A stretch of DNA of 64,000 bases. Source: Desulfobacterales bacterium. GTDB taxonomy: Bacteria > Desulfobacterota > Desulfobacteria > Desulfobacterales > UBA2174. Position 1 is the first letter of the stretch; each line of letters begins with the position of its first letter. The stretch lies in the NCBI GenBank assembly GCA_963668645.2, contig CAXXWC010000006.1, positions 64,001 through 128,000 on the forward strand. Reading direction: 5' to 3'. The notes beneath the pieces were generated by a model. The model made no database searches. It had not been told where the DNA came from and saw nothing but the letters and a program-made list of their open reading frames with translations. Made by a program: the position numbers and the translations under genes. This document shows positions 49,328 to 59,626 of this stretch, piece by piece.

Positions 49328-49531
49328 TAACTGGGTGGGGAACCTTTTTATACATTCATAAAAACAAAGAAGCCCAAAAATGCTTTCAGTTTGACTAACA
49401 TCCTTGAATTTCAGAATATAGTAGCGCCGCCGCTATCCGTTTCATGAAAAAGTAGACATATCCTATAAAAACCGGCTATAGATGGAGCCTATAGACTGGG
49501 CAAAAAGAAAAATATTTTTGGATACCGCGCC

Positions 49532-51136
49532 ATGCCGCACCACACCCTGAAAGGACTCGATCTGCCGGACCTGGCAAGCAAATGGGAAGCTCTGCTCGAC
49601 GCTGTGCCGGGCATGGTCTTTTTCAAGGACACGGCCAACCGCTTCGTCCAGGTCAACCGCGCCTATGCCGAGGCCGTCGGTCTGCCCAAAGAAAAAATCA
49701 TCGGAAAATCGGTCGGCGATTTCATCGACGATCCCCAGGCGGCCGGTGCTTACTGGGAAAACGACCGTGAGGTGATCGAGACGGGCCGGCCCAAACGCAA
49801 TATCACCGCGGCCCACATCACCGACGCCCAGCGCTGGCTGCGCACCGACAAAATCCCGGTGCGCGACGAAAACGGCCAAATCATCGGTGTGGCCGGGCTG
49901 TCGGTGGACATCACCGACATGAAGCGCACCGAGATGGAACTCGCACGCCGGGTCCGCCAGCACCAGGCCCTGGCCGAGCTGGGACAGGAGGCGCTGGGCA
50001 GCATCGATTGCGACCGCCTGTTTGCCGCCGCAACCGCGCTGGTCTCCAAAACCATCGAGATGGAATACTGCCACATCCTCGAATACCGGCCGTCGCTGCA
50101 TCGTTGCGTGCCGCTGGCGGCCGTCGGCAGCGACAGGCAGTTTTGCCATGCCGCACCGTGCGACACCGGACCCCAGACCGGCGGCCGGTGCCCGATATGC
50201 GACAGAAAACCGATGGTGATCACCGACCTGGCAAGCGAACAACGGTTGCGCCGCTCCTTTCCGCTGCTCGAACGGTTGGGGGTGGTCAGCGGGCTGGCGG
50301 TGGTGATCGGCAACAGCACAAAACCGTTCGGCATCCTGGGAGCCTACACCACCCGCCGGCAAAAGTTTTCCCGTGCCGACATCGACTTTCTCCAGGGCAT
50401 CGCCAACACCCTGGCCCTGGCGGTGGAGCAGCAACGGGCCCGCAGCGCCATCCAGGAATCGGCCGATCAGCTTGCAGAGCTCTCCTCCAGGCTGATCGAG
50501 GCCCAGGAAGAGGAACGCCAGCGGATCTTTCACGCCCTGCACGACGAACTGGGCCAGTCCCTGGCCCTGCTCAAGCTCCAGGTGCGGGCCGTGGGGATGC
50601 GCCTCGATCCGGGTCAGGGCGCCCTGCGCGCCTCGTGCAAGCAGGTGGTGGACGAAGTTTCCGGGATCATCGAGAACGTGCGCCGCCTCTGCCACGACCT
50701 GACCCCGGCGGCCCTGGAGGACATCGGTCTGAACGCGGCCCTGCAATGGCTCTTTGAGGAGTTCGCCCGCTACTTCGGCTTCCGGTTCGAAGTCCACCTC
50801 GAAAAGGTCGACCATATCTTCAACCGCGACGCCCAGCTCTTGATTTACCGCATCTTTCAGGAAGCGCTGACCAATATCCACAAGCATGCCGAGGCGGCCC
50901 GGGTCTGGGCGGCACTGGTGCTGCGCCCCGACAGGGTGATCTGCCAGGTGGCAGACAACGGCAAAGGGATGGACCCGGCCCAATGCCTGCAACGGCGGTC
51001 GCCCGGCGACGGCCTCGGTCTGGCCGCCATGGCAGAGCGGGCCAGGATGCTCGGCGGCCACTTCGAGATCGAGGCCCGGCCCGGCGGCGGCACCAGCCTG
51101 CGGGTGACCATTCCCCTCGAAACGAAAGGCGACTGA
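49532..51136 (+). CDS. Cytoplasmic PAS-GAF sensor histidine kinase (HisKA_3)
   Basis: PAS (FFKDTANRFVQVN), GAF (PFGILG..F..DIDFL), EEERQRIFHALHDELGQSL, QEALTNIHKHA, DNGKG, GLGL. Confidence 0.92.
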   Translation: MPHHTLKGLDLPDLASKWEALLDAVPGMVFFKDTANRFVQVNRAYAEAVGLPKEKIIGKSVGDFIDDPQAAGAYWENDREVIETGRPKRNITAAHITDAQRWLRTDKIPVRDENGQIIGVAGLSVDITDMKRTEMELARRVRQHQALAELGQEALGSIDCDRLFAAATALVSKTIEMEYCHILEYRPSLHRCVPLAAVGSDRQFCHAAPCDTGPQTGGRCPICDRKPMVITDLASEQRLRRSFPLLERLGVVSGLAVVIGNSTKPFGILGAYTTRRQKFSRADIDFLQGIANTLALAVEQQRARSAIQESADQLAELSSRLIEAQEEERQRIFHALHDELGQSLALLKLQVRAVGMRLDPGQGALRASCKQVVDEVSGIIENVRRLCHDLTPAALEDIGLNAALQWLFEEFARYFGFRFEVHLEKVDHIFNRDAQLLIYRIFQEALTNIHKHAEAARVWAALVLRPDRVICQVADNGKGMDPAQCLQRRSPGDGLGLAAMAERARMLGGHFEIEARPGGGTSLRVTIPLETKGD

Positions 51137-51137
51137 C

Positions 51138-51788
51138 ATGGGAACCTACCGGATCGTCATCGCCGATGACCATCGCCTGGTACGCCACGGGCTGCGCATG
51201 ATGATCGAGTCCTGCCCCGGTCTCGAGGTGGCCGGCGAGGTCGACGACGGCCTGGAACTGCTCAAACTGCTCCGACGACTGACGGCCGACATGGTCCTGC
51301 TGGACGTGTCCATGCCCCGGCTGAGGGGAATCGAGGCGGTGAGCGAAATCCGCAGTCTTCATCCGGGCATCCGCATTCTCATCGTCACCATGCACAAGCG
51401 CCGTGAGTACATCCACCACGCCTTTGCCGCCGGCGTTGACGGGTACCTGCTCAAGGAGGATTCGGACCTGGAGCTGATCTCGGCCATCGAGACGGTGCGC
51501 CGCGGCAGGAAGTACCTTTCGCCCATCTTGCAGCAGGATCTGCCCGAAGAACTGGCCTTTTTGCTCCAGCGCGGCCAGCATCCGCAGACGGCGGTGCTCA
51601 CCATACGCGAAGCCGAAGTGCTCAAGCTGATCGCCGAGGGAACCGCCAACCGGGTGATCGCCGATCTGTTGTGCATCAGCCCCAGAACCGTGGAGCACCA
51701 CCGCGCCAGCATCATGAAGAAGCTGGACCTCAAGAACCTCGCCGACCTGGTCAAATACGCCATCCGCAAAGGATACACCTCCGGATAG
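51138..51788 (+). CDS. NarL/LuxR-family response regulator
   Basis: IADDHRLVRHG, LLDVSMP, GYLLK, LTIREAEVL, ISPRTVEHHR. Confidence 0.93.
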   Translation: MGTYRIVIADDHRLVRHGLRMMIESCPGLEVAGEVDDGLELLKLLRRLTADMVLLDVSMPRLRGIEAVSEIRSLHPGIRILIVTMHKRREYIHHAFAAGVDGYLLKEDSDLELISAIETVRRGRKYLSPILQQDLPEELAFLLQRGQHPQTAVLTIREAEVLKLIAEGTANRVIADLLCISPRTVEHHRASIMKKLDLKNLADLVKYAIRKGYTSG

Positions 51789-51801
51789 GTAGTCCTACCT
51801 A
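51786..51801. promoter_or_regulatory. 7-2-7 palindrome, candidate response-regulator site
   Basis: TAGGTAG-TC-CTACCTA upstream of the AOR operon. Confidence 0.5.
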
Positions 51802-52006
51802 GGCCCAAATAGGGGGTTGTGCCAATTGTCTCCCCTCATTTGGCCTGATACTCGCAACAATACATAGTGCATCAGCGCCTTTGCTGCGCGGCGGCAGCAG
51901 TGGATCACCCCCTTGACCGAAGACAGAAGCCGCGCACGCTTTGCCACAAAGGCCCCACCGCGCTGGCGCGGCAACCGATGGACGCTTCAGGTAAAGGAGG
52001 TCATTC

Positions 52007-52726
52007 ATGAAAGAAAGGCCCATCAACACGGGAGACGAAAAGATCCTCGATAAGAAAACGAGCCGAAGATCGTTTCTCAAGGGGGTCGGCTCCGCAGCCG
52101 GAGTCGCCCTGGCCACCGGCTCGGTACTCGGTGCGGTACGCCCGGCAGCCGCCACCGCGGCGGCGGAAAATGCCAAGCCGGAGGTTCATTACCTTTTCGC
52201 AGAACGGCAGAACTGCGTCGGTTGCCGGGCCTGTGAATACGCCTGCAGCCTGCACCACGAAGGGGTGGTCTGGCCGGCCAAGTCGCGCATCCACGTCTAC
52301 CGGCATAAGGGCGTGGTGGACGTTCCGGTGATCTGCTGGCACTGCAACGACGCGCCGTGCATCAAGTCCTGTCCCACCACGCCCAAGGCGCTGATCAAAG
52401 ACCCCAAGACCGGCGGCATCAAGCTGGACGAGAAGCTCTGCCTCGGCGCCAAGTGCAACAAGTGCATCGAAGCCTGCCCGTCGAAATTCATCCGCCGCGA
52501 CCCGGAAAAGGGGATGCCGCTGATGTGCGATCTTTGCGACGGGGATCCCGAATGCGTCAAGGCCTGCAACGCCCAGGCCGGCAATCCGGTGGGCCCCTGC
52601 CTCATGGCCGGCAAGGTCGGCTTCGGGGTGAACATGGCCTATCGCGACGTCACCCCCAAGGAGGCCGGCGAGGATCTGCTGCTGAGCATGTTCTATCCCA
52701 ACGAAACCGGTGAAAGGAGGCCCTGA
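52007..52726 (+). CDS. Tat-signal 4Fe-4S polyferredoxin (AOR small subunit-like)
   Basis: SRRSFLKG twin-Arg signal; CVGCRACEYAC, CWHC..C..CP, C..CNKC..CP, CDLC..C..C. Confidence 0.88.
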   Translation: MKERPINTGDEKILDKKTSRRSFLKGVGSAAGVALATGSVLGAVRPAAATAAAENAKPEVHYLFAERQNCVGCRACEYACSLHHEGVVWPAKSRIHVYRHKGVVDVPVICWHCNDAPCIKSCPTTPKALIKDPKTGGIKLDEKLCLGAKCNKCIEACPSKFIRRDPEKGMPLMCDLCDGDPECVKACNAQAGNPVGPCLMAGKVGFGVNMAYRDVTPKEAGEDLLLSMFYPNETGERRP

Positions 52727-52728
52727 CC

Positions 52729-54528
52729 ATGGCAGCGCCAAAGGGAGGATATTTCGGTCGCATCCTTGAGATCGACCTGACCGCGCAGAAAACCAAGACC
52801 GTGGACCTGGACCCGGAGATCTGCCGCAAGTTCCTCGGCGGCTGCGGGATGGGGGCCTACCTGCTCTACAACCGGCTCGGGGCCAAGCACGACCCCATGG
52901 CCGCCGACAGCCCGATCTTCATGGGCGTCGGCCCCCTTTCGGGCACGGCCTGTCCGTCGACCCGGTTGAGCATCGTCAACAAGAGTCCCTATAACAAACG
53001 GTTGAGCCACGCCGAAGTCGGAGGATTCATCGGCAACGAACTCAAGTGGGCCGGTTGGGACGGGGTCCTGATCACCGGAAAGTCCCCGAAACCGGTCTAC
53101 CTGCTGATCCAGGACGACAAGGTCACGTTCAAGGACGCCTCAGGCCTGTGGGGCAAGGACACCCACGCCACCGAAGAGGACATCATCGATGAGCTCGACG
53201 ACCCCTACGTCAAGGTGGCCTGCATCGGTCCCGGCGGGGAGAACGAGATCGGCTATGCCTGCGTGATGGTGGAACGCTTCCGGGCCGCGGCCCGCACCGG
53301 CACCGGCGCCCTGATGGGCAACAAGAAGCTCAAGGCCGTGGCCATCCGCGGCACCCGCTACGTGCCGGTGGCCGACCGGGAAAACTTTCACCAGGCCGCC
53401 AAAGCCAACCTCGAGTTCGCGACCCGCAAGGAGGGCTGGCAGGGAATCAAACGCTGGGGCACGGCCGGGCTGCTCGAGCTGAAAAACTACGCCACCGGCT
53501 CGCTGATCACCAAAAACTACCAGACCACCTGGTATCCGGACATCGTAGAGATCGGCGCCGAACAGGCCAACCGGAAGTTCTGGAAGCGCCATGCGGCCTG
53601 CTACAACTGCCCGGTGCACTGCATGAAGCTGGGCGTGATCCGCGGCGGCGACTACGACGGACTCATCGCCGAAGGTCCCGAGTACGAGACCGGCGGGCTG
53701 CTGGGCAGCAACCTGGGCATCGCCGACTTCGACGTGATGATGGCGGCCATCGAGCTGTGCGACGCCATGGGTATAGACTCCATCTCCACTGGCGGCTGCA
53801 TCGGCTATGCCATGGAGGCCTTCCAGCGCGGCCTGCTCACCGCCGACAAGTTCGACGGCATCGAACTGGAATGGGGCGACGGCGAGACGACGGTCGAACT
53901 GATCCGCAATATCGCCTACAGGAAGGGCCAGACCGGCAAGTTTCTCGCCAAGGGCGTGGCGGCCATGGCCAAGGAACTCGGGGGCAATGCGGCCGATTTC
54001 GCCTGCGTGGTCAAGGGCAAGGAGCTGGCGGCCCACGATCCGCGCGGGGACAAGCCCCGCGGCGTGAGCTACGCCATGGGCACCTGCGGCGGCGACCACC
54101 ACGAGGCCAACTCCCCGGACGGCCAGGCCAAGCGCTGCCTGCACAACTCGCTGGTGATTTGCTCCTTCGTCGGCGGCTACTGGAAACCGCAGATGTTTGT
54201 CGACATGCTCAACCCGCTCTGCGGCTGGAACATGACCGAAGACGAACTGATGGCCACCGGCCGGCGTATCCGCACCCTCGAGCGCTGCTTCAACGTGCGT
54301 GAGGGCACGAGCCGCAAGGACGACACCCTGCCCAAGCGGATGCTCACCGAGCCGCTGCCGGAAGGACCCAAGAAAGGGGCTGTCTTCTCACCGGAAGAGA
54401 TGAAAAAGGTCCAGGACGACTACTACGCCTACTACGGGTGGGACGACAACGGAATCCCCACCGAAAAGACACTCAAAGAACTCGGGCTCGAGTTCGCCAT
54501 CGACGACCTCAAGGCCGCGGCCGCCTGA
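52729..54528 (+). CDS. aor: Aldehyde:ferredoxin oxidoreductase family (W/Mo-pterin)
   Basis: ELKWAGWDG, ACIGPGGEN, RTGTGALMGNKKLKA, CYNCPVHC, EGPEYET, CDAMGIDSISTG, ERCFNVREG, YGWDDNGIPT. Confidence 0.93.
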   Translation: MAAPKGGYFGRILEIDLTAQKTKTVDLDPEICRKFLGGCGMGAYLLYNRLGAKHDPMAADSPIFMGVGPLSGTACPSTRLSIVNKSPYNKRLSHAEVGGFIGNELKWAGWDGVLITGKSPKPVYLLIQDDKVTFKDASGLWGKDTHATEEDIIDELDDPYVKVACIGPGGENEIGYACVMVERFRAAARTGTGALMGNKKLKAVAIRGTRYVPVADRENFHQAAKANLEFATRKEGWQGIKRWGTAGLLELKNYATGSLITKNYQTTWYPDIVEIGAEQANRKFWKRHAACYNCPVHCMKLGVIRGGDYDGLIAEGPEYETGGLLGSNLGIADFDVMMAAIELCDAMGIDSISTGGCIGYAMEAFQRGLLTADKFDGIELEWGDGETTVELIRNIAYRKGQTGKFLAKGVAAMAKELGGNAADFACVVKGKELAAHDPRGDKPRGVSYAMGTCGGDHHEANSPDGQAKRCLHNSLVICSFVGGYWKPQMFVDMLNPLCGWNMTEDELMATGRRIRTLERCFNVREGTSRKDDTLPKRMLTEPLPEGPKKGAVFSPEEMKKVQDDYYAYYGWDDNGIPTEKTLKELGLEFAIDDLKAAAA

Positions 54529-54647
54529 CCCGCTGCAGCCCACTGCATCCGAGGCCGCTATGCGGGGCCGTGACTGCCAGGGTCACGGCCCCGCCCAACC
54601 TTTTGGCCGGCACCTCTGGCGCCGGCCGGAGCAACCGGTTGACACCC

Positions 54648-55349
54648 ATGGACGACCAGCGCCGCAAATTTCTCCATTTTCTCGTCAGTGCGGCCGTTTC
54701 CGGCAGCGTCTACGGACTGCTCAAGGCCGGCGATGCCAAAGCCCTGCCCCGGCCGCCGGCCGCCCTGAACGAGACCGATTTTCTCAGAACCTGCGCCCGG
54801 TGCTACCGCTGCATCGACGTCTGCGTGCCCGGGGCCCTGACCCCGGCGTCGATCTTCGACGGCATCGCCAACCTCGGCACCCCGGTGCTCGATCCGAGCC
54901 GCTGCATCTTTTGCATGGAATGCGTGCGGGCCTGTCCCACCGGGGCGATCTGCAAGATTCCCAAGAAAGAGGTCGACATCGGCGTGGCGGTCATCGACCA
55001 GGAAATCTGTCTCGCCTGGCAGAAGAAAAAACGTTGCAAGGACTGCTACAAGGCCTGCAAGGAAGAGGCGATCAAGATGGAAAAACGGCGCTACCCGGTG
55101 GTGATCGCCGAGCGCTGCAACGGCTGCGGCGCCTGCGTGCGCCGCTGCCCGACCCAGCCGCTTTCCGTGCGCGTGGTCTACAAAGACGTAAAACGCTATG
55201 CGCCGCCGGAAAAACGGATCGCCGCGCGGCCCGAAGACCGGCTCGGTCCCTACGAGTTTCCCCAGGACGATTTCAAGACCTGGCTGGGCAAGCGGCTCAG
55301 ACGCATCGGCGCCAACCACGGCCTGGTCGATTTGAAGGAAAGCGATTGA
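54648..55349 (+). CDS. NapG/MauM-like 4Fe-4S protein
   Basis: QRRKFL leader; PRPPAALNETDFLRTCARCYRCIDVC, IGVAVIDQEICLAW, CNGCGACVRRCP. Confidence 0.82.
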   Translation: MDDQRRKFLHFLVSAAVSGSVYGLLKAGDAKALPRPPAALNETDFLRTCARCYRCIDVCVPGALTPASIFDGIANLGTPVLDPSRCIFCMECVRACPTGAICKIPKKEVDIGVAVIDQEICLAWQKKKRCKDCYKACKEEAIKMEKRRYPVVIAERCNGCGACVRRCPTQPLSVRVVYKDVKRYAPPEKRIAARPEDRLGPYEFPQDDFKTWLGKRLRRIGANHGLVDLKESD

Positions 55350-56566
55350 TGCTATCCGAATCCCCGGCAGCAGAACCGTTTCTGGTGGTGGGCGGCGGCG
55401 TGGCCGGCATCAGCGCGGCCCTCGATCTGGCCCGGGCCGGCCGCTGCGTCCACCTGGTGGAGCGCGGCGGTGAACTCGGCGGCCAGACCCTGCACCTGGA
55501 CAAGCTCTATCCCACCGACCACTGCGGGTTCTGCCCGGTCTGGTCCGAGGTGCGGCTCTGCCAAAGCCATCCGCGCATAACGGTGCACACCTGGACCCGC
55601 GTGGCCCGCATCGAAGCCGGCAAAGGGTTTCAGAGCGCCGTGCTCAGCCACCGGCCCAACTTTATCGACCCTCAACGCTGCATCTTCTGCGGGCGCTGCG
55701 CCCCTTCCTGCGCCGAAAACGCGGTGGCCCCCAGCGCCCCCCACGTTTATCCCCCGCTCTACCGCATCGATCCGGACCGCTGCACCGGCTGCGGCGCCTG
55801 CCGCGAGGTCTGCCCCACCGGTGCCATCGATCTTGAGCGTCCGGCCAAGACCGAGACGCTGCGGGTGCAGGCCGTGATCTGGGCCACGGGATTCGAGGCC
55901 GCCGACCTTTCTGCGGCCCCGGAACTGGGGTTCGGCAGCGACCCGAACATCATGCAGGCCCTGGCCTTCGAGCAGTGGATCGCCGAGGCCGGCCCCAACC
56001 GGGGACGGGTGGTGCGCCACGACGGACGGACGGCGCGTGAAGTGGCGTTCATCCAGTGCGCCGGGGCCCGGGACAGGCGGATCGGTGCCCAGTGCAACGC
56101 AGTCTGCTGCATGCACGCCCTCAAGCAGGCCCGCTGGGTGCGCCGGCGCAACCCGCAGTGCCGCTGCACGATCTTTTTCACCGACCTGCGCACCGAGGGG
56201 CGCGGCTACGAGGCGTACTACCGCCGGGCGGTGCTCGAAGACGAAGGCATCGAGCTGGTGCGTGCCCGGCCCGGCCTGATCTGCCCCCTGCCCGGCGGCG
56301 CGGCCGTGGCCGTCAAGTACGAGGACACCTTCGCCCAGAAGCCGGCCATGGCGCGCTTTGACATGGTGGTGCTAAACGGCACGTTGCGGGCGGCCATTCC
56401 CGACGAGGACAACAAGCCGCTACCCGATGTGGCCGGCGGGTTTATCGCCGCGCAGGGCCCCGCTTTTCGTAGCTGCGGTTTCTGCAAGGCCCCAGCCGAC
56501 GTGGAGGCCGCCGCCGTGCAGGGCTCGGCCGCGGCCATGGAGATTCTGGCGGAGGTGGGCCGATGA
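55349..56566 (+). CDS. HdrA/QmoA-like flavoprotein with ferredoxin insert
   Basis: VVGGGVAGISAA, DKLYPTDHCGFC, two CxxCxxCxxxC, ATG, FIQCAGARD..CNAVCCMHALKQA. Confidence 0.85.
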   Translation: MLSESPAAEPFLVVGGGVAGISAALDLARAGRCVHLVERGGELGGQTLHLDKLYPTDHCGFCPVWSEVRLCQSHPRITVHTWTRVARIEAGKGFQSAVLSHRPNFIDPQRCIFCGRCAPSCAENAVAPSAPHVYPPLYRIDPDRCTGCGACREVCPTGAIDLERPAKTETLRVQAVIWATGFEAADLSAAPELGFGSDPNIMQALAFEQWIAEAGPNRGRVVRHDGRTAREVAFIQCAGARDRRIGAQCNAVCCMHALKQARWVRRRNPQCRCTIFFTDLRTEGRGYEAYYRRAVLEDEGIELVRARPGLICPLPGGAAVAVKYEDTFAQKPAMARFDMVVLNGTLRAAIPDEDNKPLPDVAGGFIAAQGPAFRSCGFCKAPADVEAAAVQGSAAAMEILAEVGR

Positions 56567-58302
56567 AACCGGATGCGCCCATCGACTGCGTTTTATGCCG
56601 CTGCCACGGCGAAATCGACAGCGTGGTCGATTTCGCAAGGCTTTGCGCCCGGCTGCAAGACGACCCCCGGGTCAATTCGGTGACGATCCAGGACGCCCTG
56701 TGCCTGCCCGAGGCCGCCGACGCTTTGGCCCGGCGCCTGGACGGCACCGAGGCGCAGGTCCTGATCGCGGCCTGTTCCCGCCTGGCCCGGGCCGGAGCCC
56801 TGGCTGACGGCCTTGCCGGCCGCGGCATCCACCGCAGCCGGCTTTACAACGCCGACATCCGCGAGGGCTGCGCCTGGATTCACGGGGCGGATCCTGTAGC
56901 GGCCACCCTCAAGGCAGGCGACATCGCCGCCATGGGGCTGGCCGCACTCTGCGGCCGCAAGGCCTCCTTGGATCCGCAGATCACCGTCCAGTCCCGGGTG
57001 CTGGTCATCGGCGGCGGGCCGGCCGGTCTTAAAGCCGCAGCGGCCCTGGGACGGGCCGGAGTGGCGGTGACGCTGGTGGAAAGCACCCGCCAGCTCGGCG
57101 GGATGCTCAACCGCCTGTCGCGCGTGGGGCCGGGCGAACGCTCGGCGCAGGAGCTGCGCGACGATCTGGTGGGGGCCGTCGAAGCGTTGGAAACGGCGCA
57201 GATCTGCACCGGCGTCCGGGTGGCAGACATCCAGGGCGCACCCGGCGACTTCAGCGTGACCCTCAGTGACGGCGCCGCCCTGGCCGCCGGTGCCGTCATC
57301 GTGGCCACCGGGGCCATGCCGGTGCTGCCCCAGGACTTTTCCACCGGCCGACGCCGGGGGGTGATCAGCGCCATGGAGCTGGAAAAAGCCTTTCGCGACG
57401 GCACCCCGGAGGCGGCCGATACGGTATTTATCCAGTGCGTCGAGGTGCGCAACCCCCAGCGCCCCTACTGTTCGGCCATCTGCTGTCCCACCGCGCTGAA
57501 AAACGCCATCCGCCTCAAGCAAATCGACCCGGCAACCCGGGTGGCAATCTGCCACCGCGACATCATGAGCTGCGGCCAGCACCTCGAGGCCGAATACCGC
57601 CGGGCAGCGGCGGCCGGGGTGCGCTTCGTGCGCTTCGACCCGGCCGATCCGCCCTGGATAGAAGGCGGTGAAGCGGTCAGCGGGGTGCGCGTGCACGACG
57701 TGCTGGCCGGAAAAGAACGCCTGCTGCCCGCGGCCCGGGTGGTGTTCGCCACGGCCCTCAAGCCGCGGGTAGCGACCGGGGGCAAGGACCCGCTGGCGGC
57801 GGCCCTGGGCCTCAAGACCGAAAAAAACGGCTTTTACGAAGTCCGGCCCTATCTTCACAGCGTGGAGACCACCGCCCCCGGGGTGATGGTCTGCGGGGCT
57901 GCGCGCTGGCCGGCCCTGGTGGACACGGCCCTGGCCCAGGGCGCGGCCGCGGCGGCCAAGGCCCTCGACCTGGTGGCCCACCCCGTGCGCCGGGCCTCGG
58001 AGCTGATCGGCTTTCAGCCGCAGCGCGCCGGGTGCGCCCGGGTGACCGAAGAAACGTGCATCGGCTGCGGCAACTGTAGCACGGCCTGCCCTTACGGGGC
58101 CTGCCGTCTGGAGCCGACCGCCAGCGGGCTGCGCGCCGCGGTGGATCCGGTGCGCTGCATGGGCTGCGGCAGCTGCCAGGCCGCCTGCCCCAGCGGCAGC
58201 ATCGTCCTGCCCGAGTGCGACCCGGCGACCCTGGTGCAGATGATGACCTGCGCCTTCAACACAAACCGGGAACCTCAAAACGGGAACAGTGTCGACCGAT
58301 GA
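56563..58302 (+). CDS. HdrA/QmoB-like flavoprotein
   Basis: LCRCHGEI, AACS, DIREGCAWIH, VIGGGPAG, FIQCVEVR..YCSAICCPTALK, C-terminal 2x[4Fe-4S]. Confidence 0.88.
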   Translation: MKPDAPIDCVLCRCHGEIDSVVDFARLCARLQDDPRVNSVTIQDALCLPEAADALARRLDGTEAQVLIAACSRLARAGALADGLAGRGIHRSRLYNADIREGCAWIHGADPVAATLKAGDIAAMGLAALCGRKASLDPQITVQSRVLVIGGGPAGLKAAAALGRAGVAVTLVESTRQLGGMLNRLSRVGPGERSAQELRDDLVGAVEALETAQICTGVRVADIQGAPGDFSVTLSDGAALAAGAVIVATGAMPVLPQDFSTGRRRGVISAMELEKAFRDGTPEAADTVFIQCVEVRNPQRPYCSAICCPTALKNAIRLKQIDPATRVAICHRDIMSCGQHLEAEYRRAAAAGVRFVRFDPADPPWIEGGEAVSGVRVHDVLAGKERLLPAARVVFATALKPRVATGGKDPLAAALGLKTEKNGFYEVRPYLHSVETTAPGVMVCGAARWPALVDTALAQGAAAAAKALDLVAHPVRRASELIGFQPQRAGCARVTEETCIGCGNCSTACPYGACRLEPTASGLRAAVDPVRCMGCGSCQAACPSGSIVLPECDPATLVQMMTCAFNTNREPQNGNSVDR

Positions 58303-58775
58303 AATCCCAACCGCCAAACCGATCGTTGCGGCCAGAGGCCGTTGGTGCCCCCCGGGTGCTGGTCTTTGCCTGCCGGTGGTGCGGCGCCATCGGTGCCGAC
58401 GACGCCGGCCGCCAGCGTCTGGCCCTGCCGGCCGGCTTCCGCCTGATCGAAGTCGAATGCGCCGCGCGCATCGATACAGACATGGTTTTAAAGGCCCTGT
58501 CGGTGGGCATCGACGGGGTGGCGGTGATCGGCTGCCATCTGGACGGCTGCCGCTACAACCGGGCCAACCATGCAGCGGCCAAGCGCCTGGCCCTGCTTGC
58601 CGCGCTGCTCGACACGGTGGGCATTGGCGCCCAGCGGCTGGTGACCAACTTCGGCGGGGCCCACGAGGGAGACCGGTTCGCCGCGCTGATCAGCGGCTTC
58701 GAGGGCCGGCTCAAGGCCCTGGGTCCCGTGCACCCGGCCGCAGTGCCTGCAGCGGCGCTGCAAGGAGAAAATTGA
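58299..58775 (+). CDS. mvhD: MvhD-like [2Fe-2S] subunit
   Basis: FACRWCG..GAD, VECAARID, GIDGVAVIGCHLDGCRY. Confidence 0.85.
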   Translation: MKSQPPNRSLRPEAVGAPRVLVFACRWCGAIGADDAGRQRLALPAGFRLIEVECAARIDTDMVLKALSVGIDGVAVIGCHLDGCRYNRANHAAAKRLALLAALLDTVGIGAQRLVTNFGGAHEGDRFAALISGFEGRLKALGPVHPAAVPAAALQGEN

Positions 58776-58777
58776 CC

Positions 58778-59626
58778 ATGCGCGCCACGGTCCGCAAGAT
58801 CGCCGCCGATTTGTTCGAGGCCAAAGCGGTGGACGCCGTTCTCGGCCTGGCCGAGGACGAGGCCGGGACAGCCCCCCGGGTCTTCGAGCGTCCCGAGGCC
58901 CTCGAGGCCCTGGTGCTCTTTCCGAAATGGCCCCTGGCCAAGACTGCCGCACGGATCCTGGCGCGGGCGCCGGCCGGGTTCCGCCTGGCGCTGGTCGGCC
59001 GCGGCTGCGACGAACGGGCCCTGGTGGAAATGGCCAAGCGCAACCAGGTAGACGCCGGCCGGATCCACCTGATCGGCGTGGCCTGCGACCCGGACCAGGC
59101 CGAGCACTGCCTGTGCCAGCAGCCCTGGCCCTCACGAATCGACGCCGGGGAAAAAGCCGCACCGGTGGACCCGGCAGATGCGCCCGCGGCCCGATATTTT
59201 CTTCAGGCCGATGCGCCGCTGCGCCTGGAACGCTGGCGCGAGGCCTTTGCACGCTGCATCAAGTGCTACGGCTGTCGCAACGCCTGCCCGGCCTGCCAGT
59301 GCACCGCCTGCCGCCTGGAAGACGGGCTGTGGACCGAGCCGGGACACATCGCCCCGGACATGCTCTCTTTCCATCTTTTGCGGGCCCTGCACGTGGCCGA
59401 CGCCTGCGTGGCCTGCGGGGCCTGCCAGGACGCCTGCCCGGTGGATATCCCGCTCATGCTGCTGCAACTGTCGCTGCGCGAGCATCTTGAAAGCCGCTAT
59501 GGCTACCGTCCGGGAACCGAGGCCGAACGGTGCTCGCCGCTCTTGGTGGACCTTGTCGCCCAACCGTCCGCCGGGCTGACCCTGCCCGCCTGGACCGAAG
59601 TGCCGGGAGGCGACCATGGGTGTTGA
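58778..59626 (+). CDS. FdhB/FrhB-like 4Fe-4S subunit
   Basis: GRGCDERALVEMAKRNQV, RCIKCYGCRNACPACQC, FHLLRALH..CVACGACQDACPVDIP. Confidence 0.78.
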   Translation: MRATVRKIAADLFEAKAVDAVLGLAEDEAGTAPRVFERPEALEALVLFPKWPLAKTAARILARAPAGFRLALVGRGCDERALVEMAKRNQVDAGRIHLIGVACDPDQAEHCLCQQPWPSRIDAGEKAAPVDPADAPAARYFLQADAPLRLERWREAFARCIKCYGCRNACPACQCTACRLEDGLWTEPGHIAPDMLSFHLLRALHVADACVACGACQDACPVDIPLMLLQLSLREHLESRYGYRPGTEAERCSPLLVDLVAQPSAGLTLPAWTEVPGGDHGC

